Below, one piece after another: positions 25,286 to 40,090 of a DNA stretch of 64,000 nucleotides. Within the stretch, counting starts at the first letter, position 1. The number at the start of each line of letters is the position of its first letter. The stretch comes from Eledone cirrhosa (taxonomy: Eukaryota). The stretch covers positions 293,756,001 to 293,820,000 of the forward strand of contig OZ024743.1 of assembly GCA_964016885.1 (NCBI GenBank), read 5' to 3'. Under the pieces are notes generated by a model. That model was not told where the DNA came from and searched no databases. It saw only the letters and a list, made by a program, of their open reading frames with translations. Both the position numbers and the translations under genes were made by a program.

Positions 25286-25819
25286 GTATGAGTATATGTG
25301 TAAGGGTATATTTATGAGAATATATATATATATATTTGTGTGGATATATGTATGTGTGGATATACGTATATGTATGCATATCTACGTGAAAATATACATG
25401 TGTGTGTGTATAATTATATATAGCTTTTTATATATATATATATGTATATATATACATATATATATAGTGTGTGTGTGTGTCATACTAAGATATACAACGT
25501 CAATAATTTCTCCTCTGTTTCATTAAGCAAGCATTACCATGGAAATCAATAGAGCGATTTTGTTTTAATAAGAAGCACTCTAAGTAAGTGGACATATTCA
25601 GAAACCAATAAACACACTCACACACATTCGTACATACATGTTCACACAGACCAATAAACATACAGAAACACACGTTCACACCATCAAATAAGCAAACACT
25701 CTAATACAGTTATATTCACTGACCGATAAACACACACGCATATGAACAAAAGTTGGCATAATGAATCGCCAGAAGTTCTTTCAGAACAGCCCAAGAAAAC
25801 AGCCCAAGAAATATAATTG

Positions 25820-25849
25820 TTTGATATATATATATATATTGATATACAC

Positions 25850-25889
<40 letters not shown>

Positions 25890-26055
25890 ATATACACATG
25901 TATATATATATATATATATATATATTTTGATATACACATGTATATATATATATATATATATATATTTTGATATACACATGTATATATATATATATATATA
26001 TATTTTGATATACACATGTATATATATATATATATATATATATTTTGATATACAC

Positions 26056-26095
<40 letters not shown>

Positions 26096-26880
26096 ATATA
26101 CACATGTATATATATATATATATATATTTTGATATACACATGTATATATATATATATATATTTTGATATACACATGTATATATATATATTTTGATATACA
26201 CATGTATATATATATATATTGATATACACATGTATATATATATATTGATATACACATGTATATATATATATATTGATATACACATGTATATATATATATA
26301 TATATTGATATACACATGTATATATATATATATATATTGATATACACATGTATATATATATATATATTGATATACACATGTATATATATATATATATATT
26401 GATATACACATGTATATATATATATATATTGATATGCACATGTGTATATATATATATTTTGATATACACATGTGTATATATATATATATTGATATACACG
26501 TGTGTATATATATATATTTTGATATATGTATGTATATGTATATATATGTATATATATATGTATATATATGTATATATATGTATATGTATATATATGTATG
26601 TATATGTATATATATGTATATATATGTATATGTATATATATGTATATATATGTATATATATGTATATATATATATATATATATTTTGATATACACATGTA
26701 TATATATATATATATTTTGATATACACATGTATATATATATATATTTTTATATACACATGTGTATATATATATATGTATGTATGTATATATATATGTGTG
26801 TTTGATATACACATATATGTTTGATATACACATATATGATATACATATAAATTGTTTGATATACACATGTATATATATAT
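25820..26880. repeat. Minisatellite: TTGATATACACATG core separated by variable (TA)n, about 25 copies
   Basis: Read directly from the sequence. Confidence 0.92.
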
Positions 26881-28379
26881 GCATATATTTACACAAATAT
26901 ATATATCTATACACCCCCCCCCCCCACTCTGTCTCCCTCCCGTACACAAATACATTATTTGCTGCTTATTGATGTTTTGCTTGCCATTTAGAAGAATATG
27001 TATATCTTGATATTTGCAGGAACCAAGCTAATAAGGGGAAAGAGAAGGGTAATTGATGTAAGATGGTGGGGAGCGAGCGAGAGAACGAGAGTGATGTGGA
27101 CACACTGAAACGGATGGACAGATTGTTAGACAATCCGTGTGTGTATGTATGTGTAGATGCAGCATGGTCAAATGTTTAAGAATTTCTCTTCGCATTCATA
27201 AGTTTCAAACAGCTCGTATAGAATCATGTTCTTTTGTAGAAACTCTATCGCACTATTTGCTCCAATATAAAGATTACCACTGATAGATATATAGAGGGGC
27301 GAGGGGCATCTTGTATCTGGACTTCAAAAAACTCCAAAGATTGGTCGTGCAATATTTTGGTAAGGACCTACCAATCATAAACAGTTCATGGAAACTTCGA
27401 AAAATTCAACAGAAACTTTTAGCCGCTTTAGTGTCTTTTTAAAAAAAATAATTATGCTTTTTGTTCCTCTTGTTTTCATCCTCTTTCTTTCTCTGTCTCT
27501 CTTGGCCTTGCTTCATAATTGTAAGGGGCATTAGATACCTCTTGTAATCGCTTACCAGCTCTTATACGGACGTGTACATTGATTAAATACATAAGATTTG
27601 ATCCTATTGCGTCACCTTTTAAACATGCGACATTTCACCTAGCCTCATCTAGATCTAAGGGAAATTTGATGGATGGCAAATGTATGGAAGCCCGTCAGAT
27701 GGACTGTACTTATAATTCAAAGGGCCAGTCCTGTCACACATACTGTCATTCTAAATCTCGCTGAAAACATTTTTGAGGCTACACGTCCTTGTGAAATACA
27801 CAGCCACGTAAAAGTTTGATTTTACGAAGAGGCTGTTCCGTTGCTAGAACTGGAACAACCATCATCATGTGCATGTGGGTGAGTGCCTCTTTAAATAAAT
27901 AATTAACATCTAGGTAACAGACCAGATGCATCCTGTCAAAGGAATGCTCCAGTTTACTCAGCTTTAGAAATGAGTTGCGACGTCACTGGTGCCAAGCCGC
28001 ATCAACCATTGCCTTTCCCTTGGACAACAATGGTGGCGTGGCGAGGGGAGACTGGCATGGATTGGTGACTACTAGTCTTCTAAAAACAACCTGGCCCGGA
28101 CCTGTGCTTCGGAGGGAAACTGTCCAGGTGCAAATTCAACAGTCATTCGTGACCGAAGGGGGTCTTTACCCTTTACCTGCCCACAGTGGCAGTACTGGAA
28201 TATTGACGATTGTTTATTTTGAATTATTAAACGTATTCCAGTAAATTCCTTTTATTCACTATGTGAGTTTTTCCAGGTATATAATATAATTTCACCTTAC
28301 TTATTTCAATTGGGGTGGAAATGGCAATATACAAGTTCGCGACCTGTGGGGTTTATTCGCTTTTTTAGTACATCTCCCT

Positions 28380-28805
28380 TAACTGAGGGAAGGTAGTGTA
28401 TGATGAGAAGGGAGAATTTGAAAGAAACTGTGTTGAGCATGAACAGCTCAAGCGGTGTGCTCGTAAGGGCCGTGAGTTTGGTTTGTTTAAATTTCTTGGC
28501 ATGCAGGTTGATTGAACCTGTAAAGAATGTGGCCGATTATATCTAAGTATGGTGGGGCTTGGAAGTCATTGGGGAAGCCACGTACACGGGTACAATGTAA
28601 TCTGTGCTTTGCTTAGCATTTTTGTTTGTGGGGAGTGTGGAAAAGTGTGCCTCAGTTGGTGAACTGAAACGTTATTTGAAAGTGCACCAAAATAGGACCG
28701 TAACACCTGTGCAAGTGTACACGTCCCTAGCAGGACGAAAATGCCAGGTCAATGCTGCCCATGCCTAGCGATAGCATTATTCGAAATGGAGTTGCAGCCA
28801 TCATG
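28380..28805 (+). pseudogene. Decayed LINE (RTE-like) 3' end with a C2H2 remnant
   Basis: FVCGECGKVCL...LKRYLKVH at about 28620-28690, frameshifted. Confidence 0.4.
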
Positions 28806-31369
28806 TCTGTCTGTGTGCATGCATCAGTAGTATTTAGATTGTTGATATGAAACGTACGGTCAGACAGAAAACAAACTTGTCACTTGAGATAAGGCAGTTT
28901 AATTTGCTGCTTGCTACTCTTTCGGCTTATTTACTACAGTGTTTTTTCATTAATTTCTCTCGTTATTTACCCATTCATCTCAACTGTTTATTACGGCAGT
29001 ATCAGTTTTATATCTGTTAGCTTACATGAAAGCAAAAGAGTTTGTTTCTTTTGTTCTTAAATTCAAGCTATTTTCTCTCAACATTCTTTTATTGTTCACC
29101 ATATTTTTTTGTAGTCGTGCAATACATTAGATATGTTATATCTATTCTGAAGGCCTGTCATAATTTTTGTCTTCCATTCTAAAGTCAGTTCCAACTTCCG
29201 TTTTTATTGGCGTTAATCGCAGTCAATTCTCAGCTGATGGATTGGAGCAGCCTGAAATGTAGTGTTTTGCCCAATAACTCAATGCACCACCCGACATTAC
29301 TATCGTAAGTCCAACACCCTAACCAATAGGCCACGCGCCTTCACATTCTAAACGTGGTTATTTTCCTTGCTTCTTTTTTTAGTCAGTTATTGTCTATATA
29401 TAGACGAGACATGATTACTTACTACTGGACCAGTAAGTGTATTGATGCATATTACCTAAATTCTAGAATTGCTTTTAAATATTTATCTAAGTCGTCTGAT
29501 ATAAACTTTTCTGAAATTTGCGAGAGTTTTTCTGAATTTACTTCATGAATTCCTAAGTATTTCTAAGTGTGTGTGTGGTATAATTTTCCTATCTCAGTTT
29601 CTGCATCTGACACGATAATAGTGATTTTTCAAAGATATTTTTCTCCCTTTAAAATTGCCTTGGTGCATATTTCAACATCAAATTTTAATATCAATTCTTC
29701 TACTGAATTTGTTTGCTGTCTGTAGCAATGTTTCCAGTTTTTGATCACAATAACAAATTGAAATCTTCCATATACAAACAATGGCTGTTTGTCCATCCAT
29801 AGATTTCTGTATCGATGTTCAGTCTGGCGTAAAAACGCCAAATAGACTAACTGGAGAAAGGCAGGTCTCATGAAATATTCTGTTACTAATCGGGATATAA
29901 CTTTTAAAAATAATTCCTTTCCTTTTCTATCTGCAAAATTGTATGTCTCCTTTCTATATTTATTATTTTGATTTAGAGATATGAAGGCGCATGACCTATG
30001 GTTATGTTATAGAAAGGTTGTACCTTCAGTAATGTACTTTATTTCACATCGCTCTTGTTCACTCAACTGAAATGAATGCCAGGGACAACGGATGGTTAGC
30101 TCTGCAATGGACAAAAATTATATCCAGCAGATAGTTTTGTACAACGCTCATGAAACAAGAGTAAGTTCTGGGCTTCATCCAGTCCATAGAAACATGGAAA
30201 CACGTATACAAAACGATAATTCTAACTCTACACATTCATATAAATATTTGCGCGTGTTTTTATCACAAGGTAAGTGTGTTTTTTTTGTATTAATTCATTT
30301 TGAAATTTGCTCGACTTGTTTGGGAATAGCGCCAAGTCAACGGAGCATCACTGACCAAATCATGAAAAAATAAACCAAACATTTTCACTAGCTCAGCAAA
30401 AAACAAAACAAAAAGAAACCAAAAATAAAAAACACTTCAAGTATACCTATCTGATTTGCTGAAACATAATGTGAGATATATGTTCATCATTTCTACTGTC
30501 CCATCTGAAAACAGACTAAACACTTACGAAGCATGAACATAGACTACATTCCTTTGAAATCCGATACTTAAGGTCTATAGCAGGAATAATCGCGAAATCA
30601 GAAAAACAATAAATGGTGTCATTAGACAAACCCGGAAAAAACAAAACAAAACAAAACAACATATTTGATTGTTTACGGGACAACAATAACCCGTTCACCG
30701 AGCGTTGAATGCCTAAACGAAGATAATTGTGCTAGATTTGCTAAAATTGCTTTGAATATTCTAATCCTAAATATGAAGTACAGTCCGAAACGGAATATTG
30801 GCAAAACTATATCTGCAAAGACTCCATCTTATAGCTCAAATGATTTATTCAAGAGCATGCAGAGAAAAGCTAATCTCTCTTTGCTTTACAAAGGGAAAGG
30901 AGCTTATCTGGACGAAACCTTTATCCAAAGAAGGGGGCAAAGACAACGGCATCAATCTGCCTGACGTTCATGATCGAGGGCGAAGCTTGAAGGCAGTCAA
31001 AGATTCTGCGTGAACCATAAGCTAGTCCACTAGTTGATGGGACAGTGTAATACAAGGGGATAGCGATATTTATTTTTTGATCATTGTCGCCCCTTTAGCG
31101 GGTGGGTAAACATACAAATAGTAAGAAACGATATATGGTCTAGTTAATTCAGCATGAATTTGAGAATACTTACGACCACTCAGGACTTCAAAGTTGTTTT
31201 GGAGCTTTGCTTTCTAGTGAGCACCACGCCAAAGGAGATGGGTGGCGCTATAAAACAGGAAGCCCGGTTAAATTTGTTAGCCTGCAATATTTTAGTCATA
31301 CTATTTTCCTTACTTTTAATACTACGAACTACTAAATTCACCCACTCTGTGGTGAGATGATAAAACCTT

Positions 31370-31620
31370 TCGATCACACAAGATCAAACATTAACTGTCT
31401 CCGTTCTACCCTGGATAGTTTTGTATCTTCCTGAATGACTCTCTTTAATGTTTTGAGAGGTCTTCCACGTTTGCGCTTCACATTAGTGGGCTCCAACAGT
31501 AAAGGTTTTGTAGCATGTTCGTTGCCTCTCATGACATGACCTACAAGTTACAGACGCCTGACACAGAAGGTGTGGCTAATGGACGGGAGGCTGCCGTAGA
31601 AAGTACACGTTACGTTTACA
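31370..31620 (-). pseudogene. RTE-like LINE C-terminal fragment
   Basis: The minus strand encodes LVGHVMRGNEHATKPLLLEPTNVKRKRGRPLKT (GHV.R ... RGRP signature). Confidence 0.65.
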
Positions 31621-32600
31621 CCCATTTAAATAACATTTTATCATATCTTTCTCTTTAAGTAGAATTTGTAGGAGTTAATGGCACATCCTGAAAGGAGAGG
31701 CTCTACCATTAAACCGTTTAACTATTAATGTCATAACACCTCCTTAGCCGTAGTCGACAGAGTGCTATCAAAGTAATGACACTGAAGAAAATTAGATATT
31801 TCCTAGAGATTCTTTTAAACCAAGTGGATGGCACAAGCTGGGTGGTACAGCTACCTGACATTTTGAAAAGAGTCGAAATGTAATCAACCGACATATAACA
31901 CACACAATGATCTAATGGAAAGACTTTTATCGAGTCTAATTTTCAACTACCAAAACCAACGAAGAAAATACATAAAGCAGAAAGAAAAAAAAAGCAAAGA
32001 AAACCATCTTTTTAACTACCAACCAGCCAACCAACCAAACAGCCATCTAACCTACCCATCTATCTAACTATCTACTTTTGTGCCAAATGCCAAACAAAGT
32101 AAGCGATATTAAAAGACATTAGTAAGCCATTGTTGTCAACTAACTCAGAATAAATTGGTCATAGAATTAATTCAATTAAAATGTTCCAATTGAAATATCC
32201 AATTATTATTAATAAGAAGAAAAGAAGGGTAATACGAACAAGGATAACAACAAGAAAAACAACGCAAAATTTAAGAAGCGTGTTTAGATGAAATGTAATT
32301 GGAAGACAAAGAATGAATTTACCAATTATGAAATAGATATGAAATTATGTACGTATGGCTGTCTGGCTATCTATCGATCTATCTACACGCATACACATAA
32401 ACACACATATGCATAACACTCTCCCCCTCTCTCTCTCTATATATATATACACATACATACACACACACGCACACACACACACGCGCACATACACAAAGAA
32501 CAGGTTAAATGATGCTGATATATATTTATGCTTGTATGTATAAAGAGCTTTGTGTATGTGTGTATAACATATATACATCTATCTATCCATATATCCATCC

Positions 32601-32656
<56 letters not shown>

Positions 32657-32657
<1 letters not shown>

Positions 32658-32790
32658 AAGTTTAATATAGAAATGACTTCTACGTGACTAGAACTATTTT
32701 ATTCAAAAGAAATCATCAGGTGCTTTCCTGATCATTTCTTTTGAATGGAAGAGTTCTAGTCATGTAGAAGCCATATCTATATTAAACTTG
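32657..32790. repeat. ~134-bp imperfect palindrome next to (TA)n, with a decayed hammerhead-like motif in each arm
   Basis: CAAGTTTAATATAG...ATCAGG TGCTTT CCTGAT...CTATATTAAACTTG. The arm consensus approximates CTGATGA-TTTC TTTT GAAT-GAAA-TAG TT CTA-GTC. Confidence 0.7.
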
Positions 32791-33199
32791 ATATACACTC
32801 TACTAATGTATTAAGTACCTTACTAACTGTGGTTACACCCGATTGAACTCAGAACTCATGGCACTACATTTTTAGAATTTTTCAGTCCTGTGATATCTAC
32901 CCGTAACCCAAACATAAATAATATCTTTTTATTACTGATTACAAAAATACATAGCGAGCAGTTAACAGGTCGTACAGTTTAAATCTGACACAAGCTTATT
33001 AGTTTTGTGAGGGGGAGGTTACGTTTTACATCAGGCCTGTACCTATTACCAGCTTTGCATCGGCCTGTCAATGAAGACACGTGGAGGTGTATTTGCTTAG
33101 TAGCTGGAATTTAACTCGTGTGCCAGAAACTCAAAGCATTGATTTTGATTTATAATTTATTAGTAATTGGCTTCTAAATATTTTTATAGGTCAATGATC

Positions 33200-33690
33200 T
33201 CAAAGAGATCAAAAACCATGGCTTAGACACCACAGGCTTCCCTTCCTAGCTCGAGCCAAAGGGGGCTGGATCGTGGAGGTAGCCCTATCATCTGGGATAC
33301 TACAGGCTGTGACACCTTCTCCAGCGGCAATCTAGTGCAATCGGCAACTAACTCAGACTTCGATGTTAGTCTGGCCGAAAGGGGGAACTATCGAAATATC
33401 GATTGCTCTCTGATTGGTTTGTGATCGAACGTGTAGCATTAGAGACATCTGGCGTTCTTGTCACCTAGACCTCATTCCTACTCACTACTATCAGGCAGGA
33501 GTTGGCTGCCAGCAGGAGAGAACCTTGCGATTTCGAATTACTATTCCAGCGAGTATCCCTCGCAATCCACCGAGGCAACATTTCCTTCCTTCTGACCATT
33601 GGGTCCAATACACCGGAGATAATCCTCCCACTCAGTCCGGGCCCTCATCCCTGTGGCAGCGATATTGAGTCGGTCGACTGTAAAATTAAC
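33200..33690 (+). pseudogene. 3' fragment of a restriction-like endonuclease (RLE, CRE-like) non-LTR retrotransposon
   Basis: Remnants LEPKGLDRG, IWDTTGCDTF, VALETSG and REP...LFQRVSLAIHRGN. Confidence 0.65.
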
Positions 33691-33843
33691 TGAAAACATT
33701 GAAGCACTTATCAAATTGTCATAGCCAACATAAAGCGTGTGTAATGCCCTGTTGTAGTGTTTAATTGTGGAAATGTGCAGTTCACCCAACCCACCACTAT
33801 ATAGCTATTTCTTTCTAACTCATATTTATTATTATTGTTCATT

Positions 33844-34830
33844 AGGCGGGGGATTGGCAGTATCGGTAGAGGGTCGGACGCCATGCTTTGACGCATAGAG
33901 TTACTGCCCTTGCCATTCTGAGTTCAAATCCCGCCAAGGTTAACTTTTCCTTTCATCCTTACGGGGTCGATAAAATAAAGTACCAGTAATACACTGGTGG
34001 TTGCTGGCCTTGTGCCAAAAGTAAAAACAATCATTATTGTTCATTTTCTTTGTTGACTGTATGTGTATGCATTTCGTCATTTTACGTAGGTAAAATAAAA
34101 ATAATTGTTTCTACTTTAGACACAAGGCCAGCAAAAAAAAGGGGGAGGGGAAAGTAGATTAAATCAACCCAGTACTTAGTGGTGTTTTATTTTATCGACC
34201 CCGTAAGAATGAAAGGCAAGGCTAACCTCGGCGGAATTTGAAATCAGAGCGTAAAGGGCTACAAAGCATGTTGAATGAGAGATTCTCTGCATGTACATGT
34301 ATTTCGCATGTTTGTGGAACAGTATACGTTGGTAACTGCAGCATAGTTTTTGTCGATAACGATATTCTTGCATCACCCACATGCCACCTTACTTCTTATT
34401 CCCTTTTCGTTTGTTCGATAGCAGGGTCACGTGTTACCATATTTCTTCATATGTAATGAATGTTTAGCAAGCCTTCTAGCGCTAAGCGACTTTTGATGCT
34501 TAAGCCCCTCCAATAGTTTATTTCAATATATTTGTGCTTTGCTTTTACTACACTAATTTTCTATTGACTCTAAATATGTTAGCATGATCAAGTTTTTGAT
34601 ATCTTTCTGTCTCTCATATTGGTGGTAAACAAACGCAAGCTAATAATAATAATTGTTTCTACTTTTGGCACAAGGCCAGCAATTATCCCAGTGTATTACT
34701 GGTACTTTATTTTATCGACCTCGTAAGGATGAAAGGCAAAGTTAACCTCGGCGGGATTTGAACTCAGACCATAAAGGGCCGTAACTCTTTGCTGCAATGC
34801 ATGGCGTCCGACCCTCTTCCGATACTACCA
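33844..34830. mobile_element. Three copies of the tRNA-SINE (33844-34037 +, 34102-34265 -, 34643-34830 -)
   Basis: They match 7465-7651 directly or as reverse complements. Confidence 0.8.
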
Positions 34831-37678
34831 GTACAGTATATATATACGTAAGCACCCGGCCAATCCCCAAACTGTAACGGAAGCTCTGTTCAGTGTAAAG
34901 CATAGTAAACAATTTAGAATTCAGTTAACAATCAGTATTATATATTGCCCAAACTCCTTTATATCGTATTTAAAACGTTATAATAATATAATAATATTAT
35001 TGTTTTGTTCTCTGGTACTGTTTTTATTCAACTTTATATTTTATTTTGTTATAGCAGACTTGTTTCTTGCTCTAAAATTGTCTCGAAGGACCTTTTCTAG
35101 CATTAAAAAACAACAACATAAAAAGCGAATGCAGTACTTAGTTTCCTCTTGTTTGTACACCTAAACGAGTTTACACACATGCACACGCACCCATATACAC
35201 GCACATGCATACATGCACATGCATACACGCACATGCATACACCCACACACACATACACTCACATTATAATATAATCAACACAACTCAGACAATTGAACAA
35301 TTCAAACACATGCCTGTATTTGTTTTATAACGAAATTCTATTTGTCTCAAGTGATTTGAGGATCCAACTTTTTCACACAAAATCATGCTGATTCTTCCTG
35401 GGGATTATATTAAGCGTACAGCGAGTAATCAGTTAACTTGATTAATCAAACCGAACAGCCGTTCGTTAAATCGACGTTTATCCACACAGGCAATGTATTT
35501 TTGTACATATATTTTAGGCGGTGCATTTGTTGAGTCGTTAGAGTGCAGAGAAAAGTACCTGATGAAATTTGTTCCGACTCTCTTGTTCTGATTTGAAATC
35601 TTTCATTTTTCGAGGCTGCTAAGACAAGTATTTGTTCAAGGCGATAGATTAACAAAATTGTTGGAGCGTCGGACAAAATGTTTTATATTTGTTTTGTTCT
35701 TTTTTTTCGTGTGAGTTCAAATCTTACTGTGGCGTACTTGTGTGATTTAATCCATCACTTAGTTTAAAATCACCATTCGGCACTCGTGTGCCTTTAGTGA
35801 CCTCTTGTCTATTTCAACCGTTCGGACCAGATCACAAGTGTAAGAATACTCATTTCTCTCTTTATCTCAGTCTCGCAGTCCATGAAACTGTATTGGCAGT
35901 AAATCTGTTCTTTTTTTTATGTATTATTTTAAGAATCTGTTATTTTATTACATGGGTAACACTATTTGGGCCTATAATTGCTAAGATTTAATACAGTATA
36001 GTGCTGTTAATATTATTGTAATTTTTTTTTGTATTTTCTGTAAGAACTATTTGACCTACAATTATTGGGACTGCTTGTGCTTTCAATCGGCTCATTCTAG
36101 TTAATTTATATTCTTCAGCAGTCTCTATAGTTCTTTCAAGAATATATTTTTATCCAACTTATATTATCAGATGCCTTTTCTATTGGTGATCTTTACAATA
36201 ATATCTAGACAGTTTGTATTTATCTAGCTCCTGGGATACAAAGGCATATTTTCAAGTACCTTCTATGGTCTGCATTTATCTCGCCTGGTTTCAATATCAA
36301 TTTGGTAGTATTGTCGCAGTTTGTAATACATATTTATACGCTTTGTTATAACCAAGACCAGGCATCATTACACTATACTATCAAATGCTTCTCTGTGATC
36401 TTCACATAAACTGTAGTCATTTGAAATCTTTTCCCCTATAACATTATTCATTATACCTTTGTTGGTCAGGTATTGAAGTTGAATCTGTATCAAGAGGCTT
36501 TTAATGTCAGCTTTTCAATTTGTGCTTCGTATAAGTGGTATAAATTTTGGCGTTCTTTACTATCTCCACTACTTCGGGTCTAGTAGTCTGCTGTCAATGC
36601 AAAAGATTTCTCCGCCATGAACTTAGCATAATCTTCTTAATTCACTTATTTTACTTCACTTCACTTTATTTTACTCTGTAATCTTAGTATATCCTTGTTC
36701 CTTATCTACTTTAGAATATTTGTTATATTTTTTTCCCTGTTCCTTGCTCTCTTAGATAACTTTTAGTAATCTATTGTCAGAGATTTACTATTTAAATCTA
36801 GAGTAATAGTTCCCAAATTATATTTAGTGGAGAATCCCTATATCTTGTAGATTATCCCTACCAAACTCATGTTTGAAATGATATCACATGAAATAAAACA
36901 TTGTGAACATTGCAATTTGAAAGACTAAACTTGCTTAAGATATGTCAAGAAAATTCAAACTCAATGCCTTTTTATAATCCCCAAACGAACCGATTCATCC
37001 AAGATATTGTACGAATGTAATGCCACAGAGCATAAATCATACATAATAAATCGAAATGTGCTGTCGGATTTTACAACATATTTATTAGTCTTGAAATAAC
37101 GTATGAAGATACAGCTAGTCGAAGATTCTTAGTTAAGTTAGATGGAAGTAAATCCATATATATTAGTTATCAGACATAAAAAAAAGCATTCTTCCCGGCA
37201 CTTAATAATTTCATACCATTCGTTTCATCAGAATGCCATATTGATAATTTGAAAAAATCAAATGTAAAATCAGCCTAGCTTAACTTGTATATTTTATGTA
37301 TTTCTTAAACATATAAAATGGAATGATTAAACAAATAAGCTGGAATTAATAAAACAAATAAACTGGAATTAATAATTGTCGTGAACATATTTTTTGCCTT
37401 TATGCCTGATAACTAATAAATGTATTTATTTTCGTACAGTGGATTCTTAATTAACTGAGAATCTCTGACTAACCGTAACTTTTCAAGTAAAAGATATGTA
37501 TGTATACAAGTATGAATACTATTATGTACACAAGTATGTATGATGCATTGTATACAGATACATTGAAGTGCGAGGCTAGCAACCCTACATCCATTAATCA
37601 AAATTGGTACAGAAAATACGAAAGACTCTTATGCCACAGAAAGCAACGAAATTAAAGATGTATTGGTATAAATACACG

Positions 37679-37717
<39 letters not shown>

Positions 37718-39049
37718 ACGTAATTCAGTGAATTACAGGTGTTGGTACCAAAACAAGCACTCTATGCGCAGTCATTAAAATAAACGAGGAAGATTCGATT
37801 ACATGTAGATATTTATTTAGTTTTTTCTAGTATATATATGATCCTAGACCTCATTCGCTTAACGAGTGGGGTGGAGCTAAACAGATCGGACCGAGGCAAC
37901 AATGTTTCCATTGGTCTTTGTAATTGCTCATACTGTCTCTCGATCTCAACTCTAGGCAGAAGGAGCAACGTGAATAAAGTGTCTTGCTCAAGAACATAAC
38001 GCATCATCCGGTCTGGGAACCGAAATCACAATCTCACGATTGCGAATCCAATTCTCTAACCACCCAACCACGCTAATATATAAACAATGAAGCGTCGAAT
38101 AAGTTGAAATATTTTTAGAAATGGCGGAAATTTCGAAAGCACGAGAATAGTTGTGTAAACACCTTTAGAAAATCTATACGGGTATTTTTACCCGATTTCC
38201 TAAAGCTGTTTTCACAACCTGTCTCCTGCATTCTAGATTCTCTCTCTCTTTTATATATATATATAGTTTTTATGTGTCTTTGCTCACATAAACATAGATG
38301 TCGAGGAAGAGCTGGGCCCCGTTCATTATGATTGTTCCTTGAGGTGATCGATATTGAAACGATTCTATGATATAACAGTAATATTTCTACATATGCCGCA
38401 ACAGTAACTTCGATCCTATTTATTTTATTTACACGACACACTACAGCATCATTTACTCTGGAATACAACCCAACACGTGACAGTCCTCGTAACAGCGTCG
38501 AGTGTTTCGTGCGACGCACCGTCTGTAACAGTAGCTGCACACTTAACTCTCCCTCTCTCTCCCTCTCTACACCCCCTCTGTCTCTGTCCGACCTCCCCCC
38601 TCTACCCTTCTCTGTCTCTGTCCGACCTCTCCCTGTCTCACATATGCTAGACTTAAATCTTTTTGGAATTAACCCGGTTATTTCAACTTTTTCTTTTCTT
38701 TTTGTTTCAAATTGAAATGAAATTGTTTTAGTTTGTTACAATCTTGTCAATACTCTTATTTAATAATTTACAAACAATTTCTTGTATAAACAGAACAAGC
38801 CCAACATTCTGCATCTGTTTCTTTCTTCTTTTTTACCTCCTTTCCTTCCTTTTTGTCTTTTCATCTATGTTTGCAATTGCTCACCTATTCCTTTGTGTAC
38901 GTTGCTGTTGTTTCTTTGTTTTCATTTTTTTATATTTTGTGTTATGTTTTTATATTAACTTTATTTTCTTAAATCGGCGCCATCGATAAATTTGTTCTCC
39001 TCCTTTGACGTCAACTCCTAAACGAATCAGTGGAACAACAACAAAAACA

Positions 39050-39123
39050 ACAAAGGCAACAACTGATTTACTACTACTACTACTACTACTCGTCAATAGT
39101 CACAAAAACAAAGAAAACTGATA

Positions 39124-39170
<47 letters not shown>

Positions 39171-40090
39171 GTCAACAGTCACATCAAAAACAAATGAGCC
39201 ATCTTATGGGTAGTGCCTCATTGTCTCATTGTTGCATAGTCAATATTAGCTAGTCACCATCAATAACAATGATACTAACATCATCACCACAACAGCAAAC
39301 GAGCCAACCTGATGACTGGTGTGTCGTTATAATATGGTCAATACTGACTAAACGACATTAAAAATAATACCACTGACACCACTTCCTCTCTACAACCACC
39401 ACAACTACCACCAGTGCCACTCTACAATTACCACCACCACCACCACCACCACCACCACCACCACCACCAATAATAGTAATCGAGCAAATTTGATGGCAGT
39501 CGTATAGTTTTTATATGGTCAATATTAGCTAGACAACAAAAATAATGGCAAAAATAGCACTGATACTACTACTACTACTACTACTATCAACACTAATGAC
39601 AGTAAACGAGCCAATTTGATGATTGGTTTATCGTTGTAGTCAATACTAACTCGGCAATAGTGATAATATCAACACTAATGGCTCCACCACCACCACCCAC
39701 CAGCAACAACAACAAACGAACGAATCTGATGGCTAGTGTATCGTTTGTTATATGGTCAATATTAACTAAACAACAACAATATTGACACCACCACAACCAC
39801 CACAAATCGACACCACCACCATAATCAGCACTTCCCTCCATCACTACCACCCACAATAACAAAAAGAGCAAACGAATGATTTTGATGACTGGCTTATCGT
39901 TTGTTATGCGGTCAATATTAACAAGACAACAACAACAACAACAACAATGTTACAAGAACAACGGCAAATAAGAGAATTGATGGCTAGCGTATCGTTATGA
40001 GCTAGACACCAACACCACTCCCAAGAACGACAAGAATTTTGTCGTCTAATGGCTAGTGTTATATAGTCAATATTAGATAACGATCATACT
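39050..40090. repeat. Degenerate minisatellite: conserved ~55-bp block alternating with trinucleotide runs
   Basis: AAACGAGCCAATTTGATGGCTAGTGTATCG...ATGGTCAATATTA recurs about 8 times between (CTA)n, (CCA)n and (CAA)n runs. Confidence 0.75.

Noticed and set aside
36050-36900. Possible very old PLE RT remnant on the minus strand (KADIKSLL resembles motif A)
   Set aside because: Only one or two short motifs are visible and no continuous frame exists; it needs a profile-HMM search.
39050-40090. CRISPR-like repeat/spacer appearance
   Set aside because: The repeats are degenerate, the spacers are simple repeats, the context is eukaryotic, and there are no cas genes.
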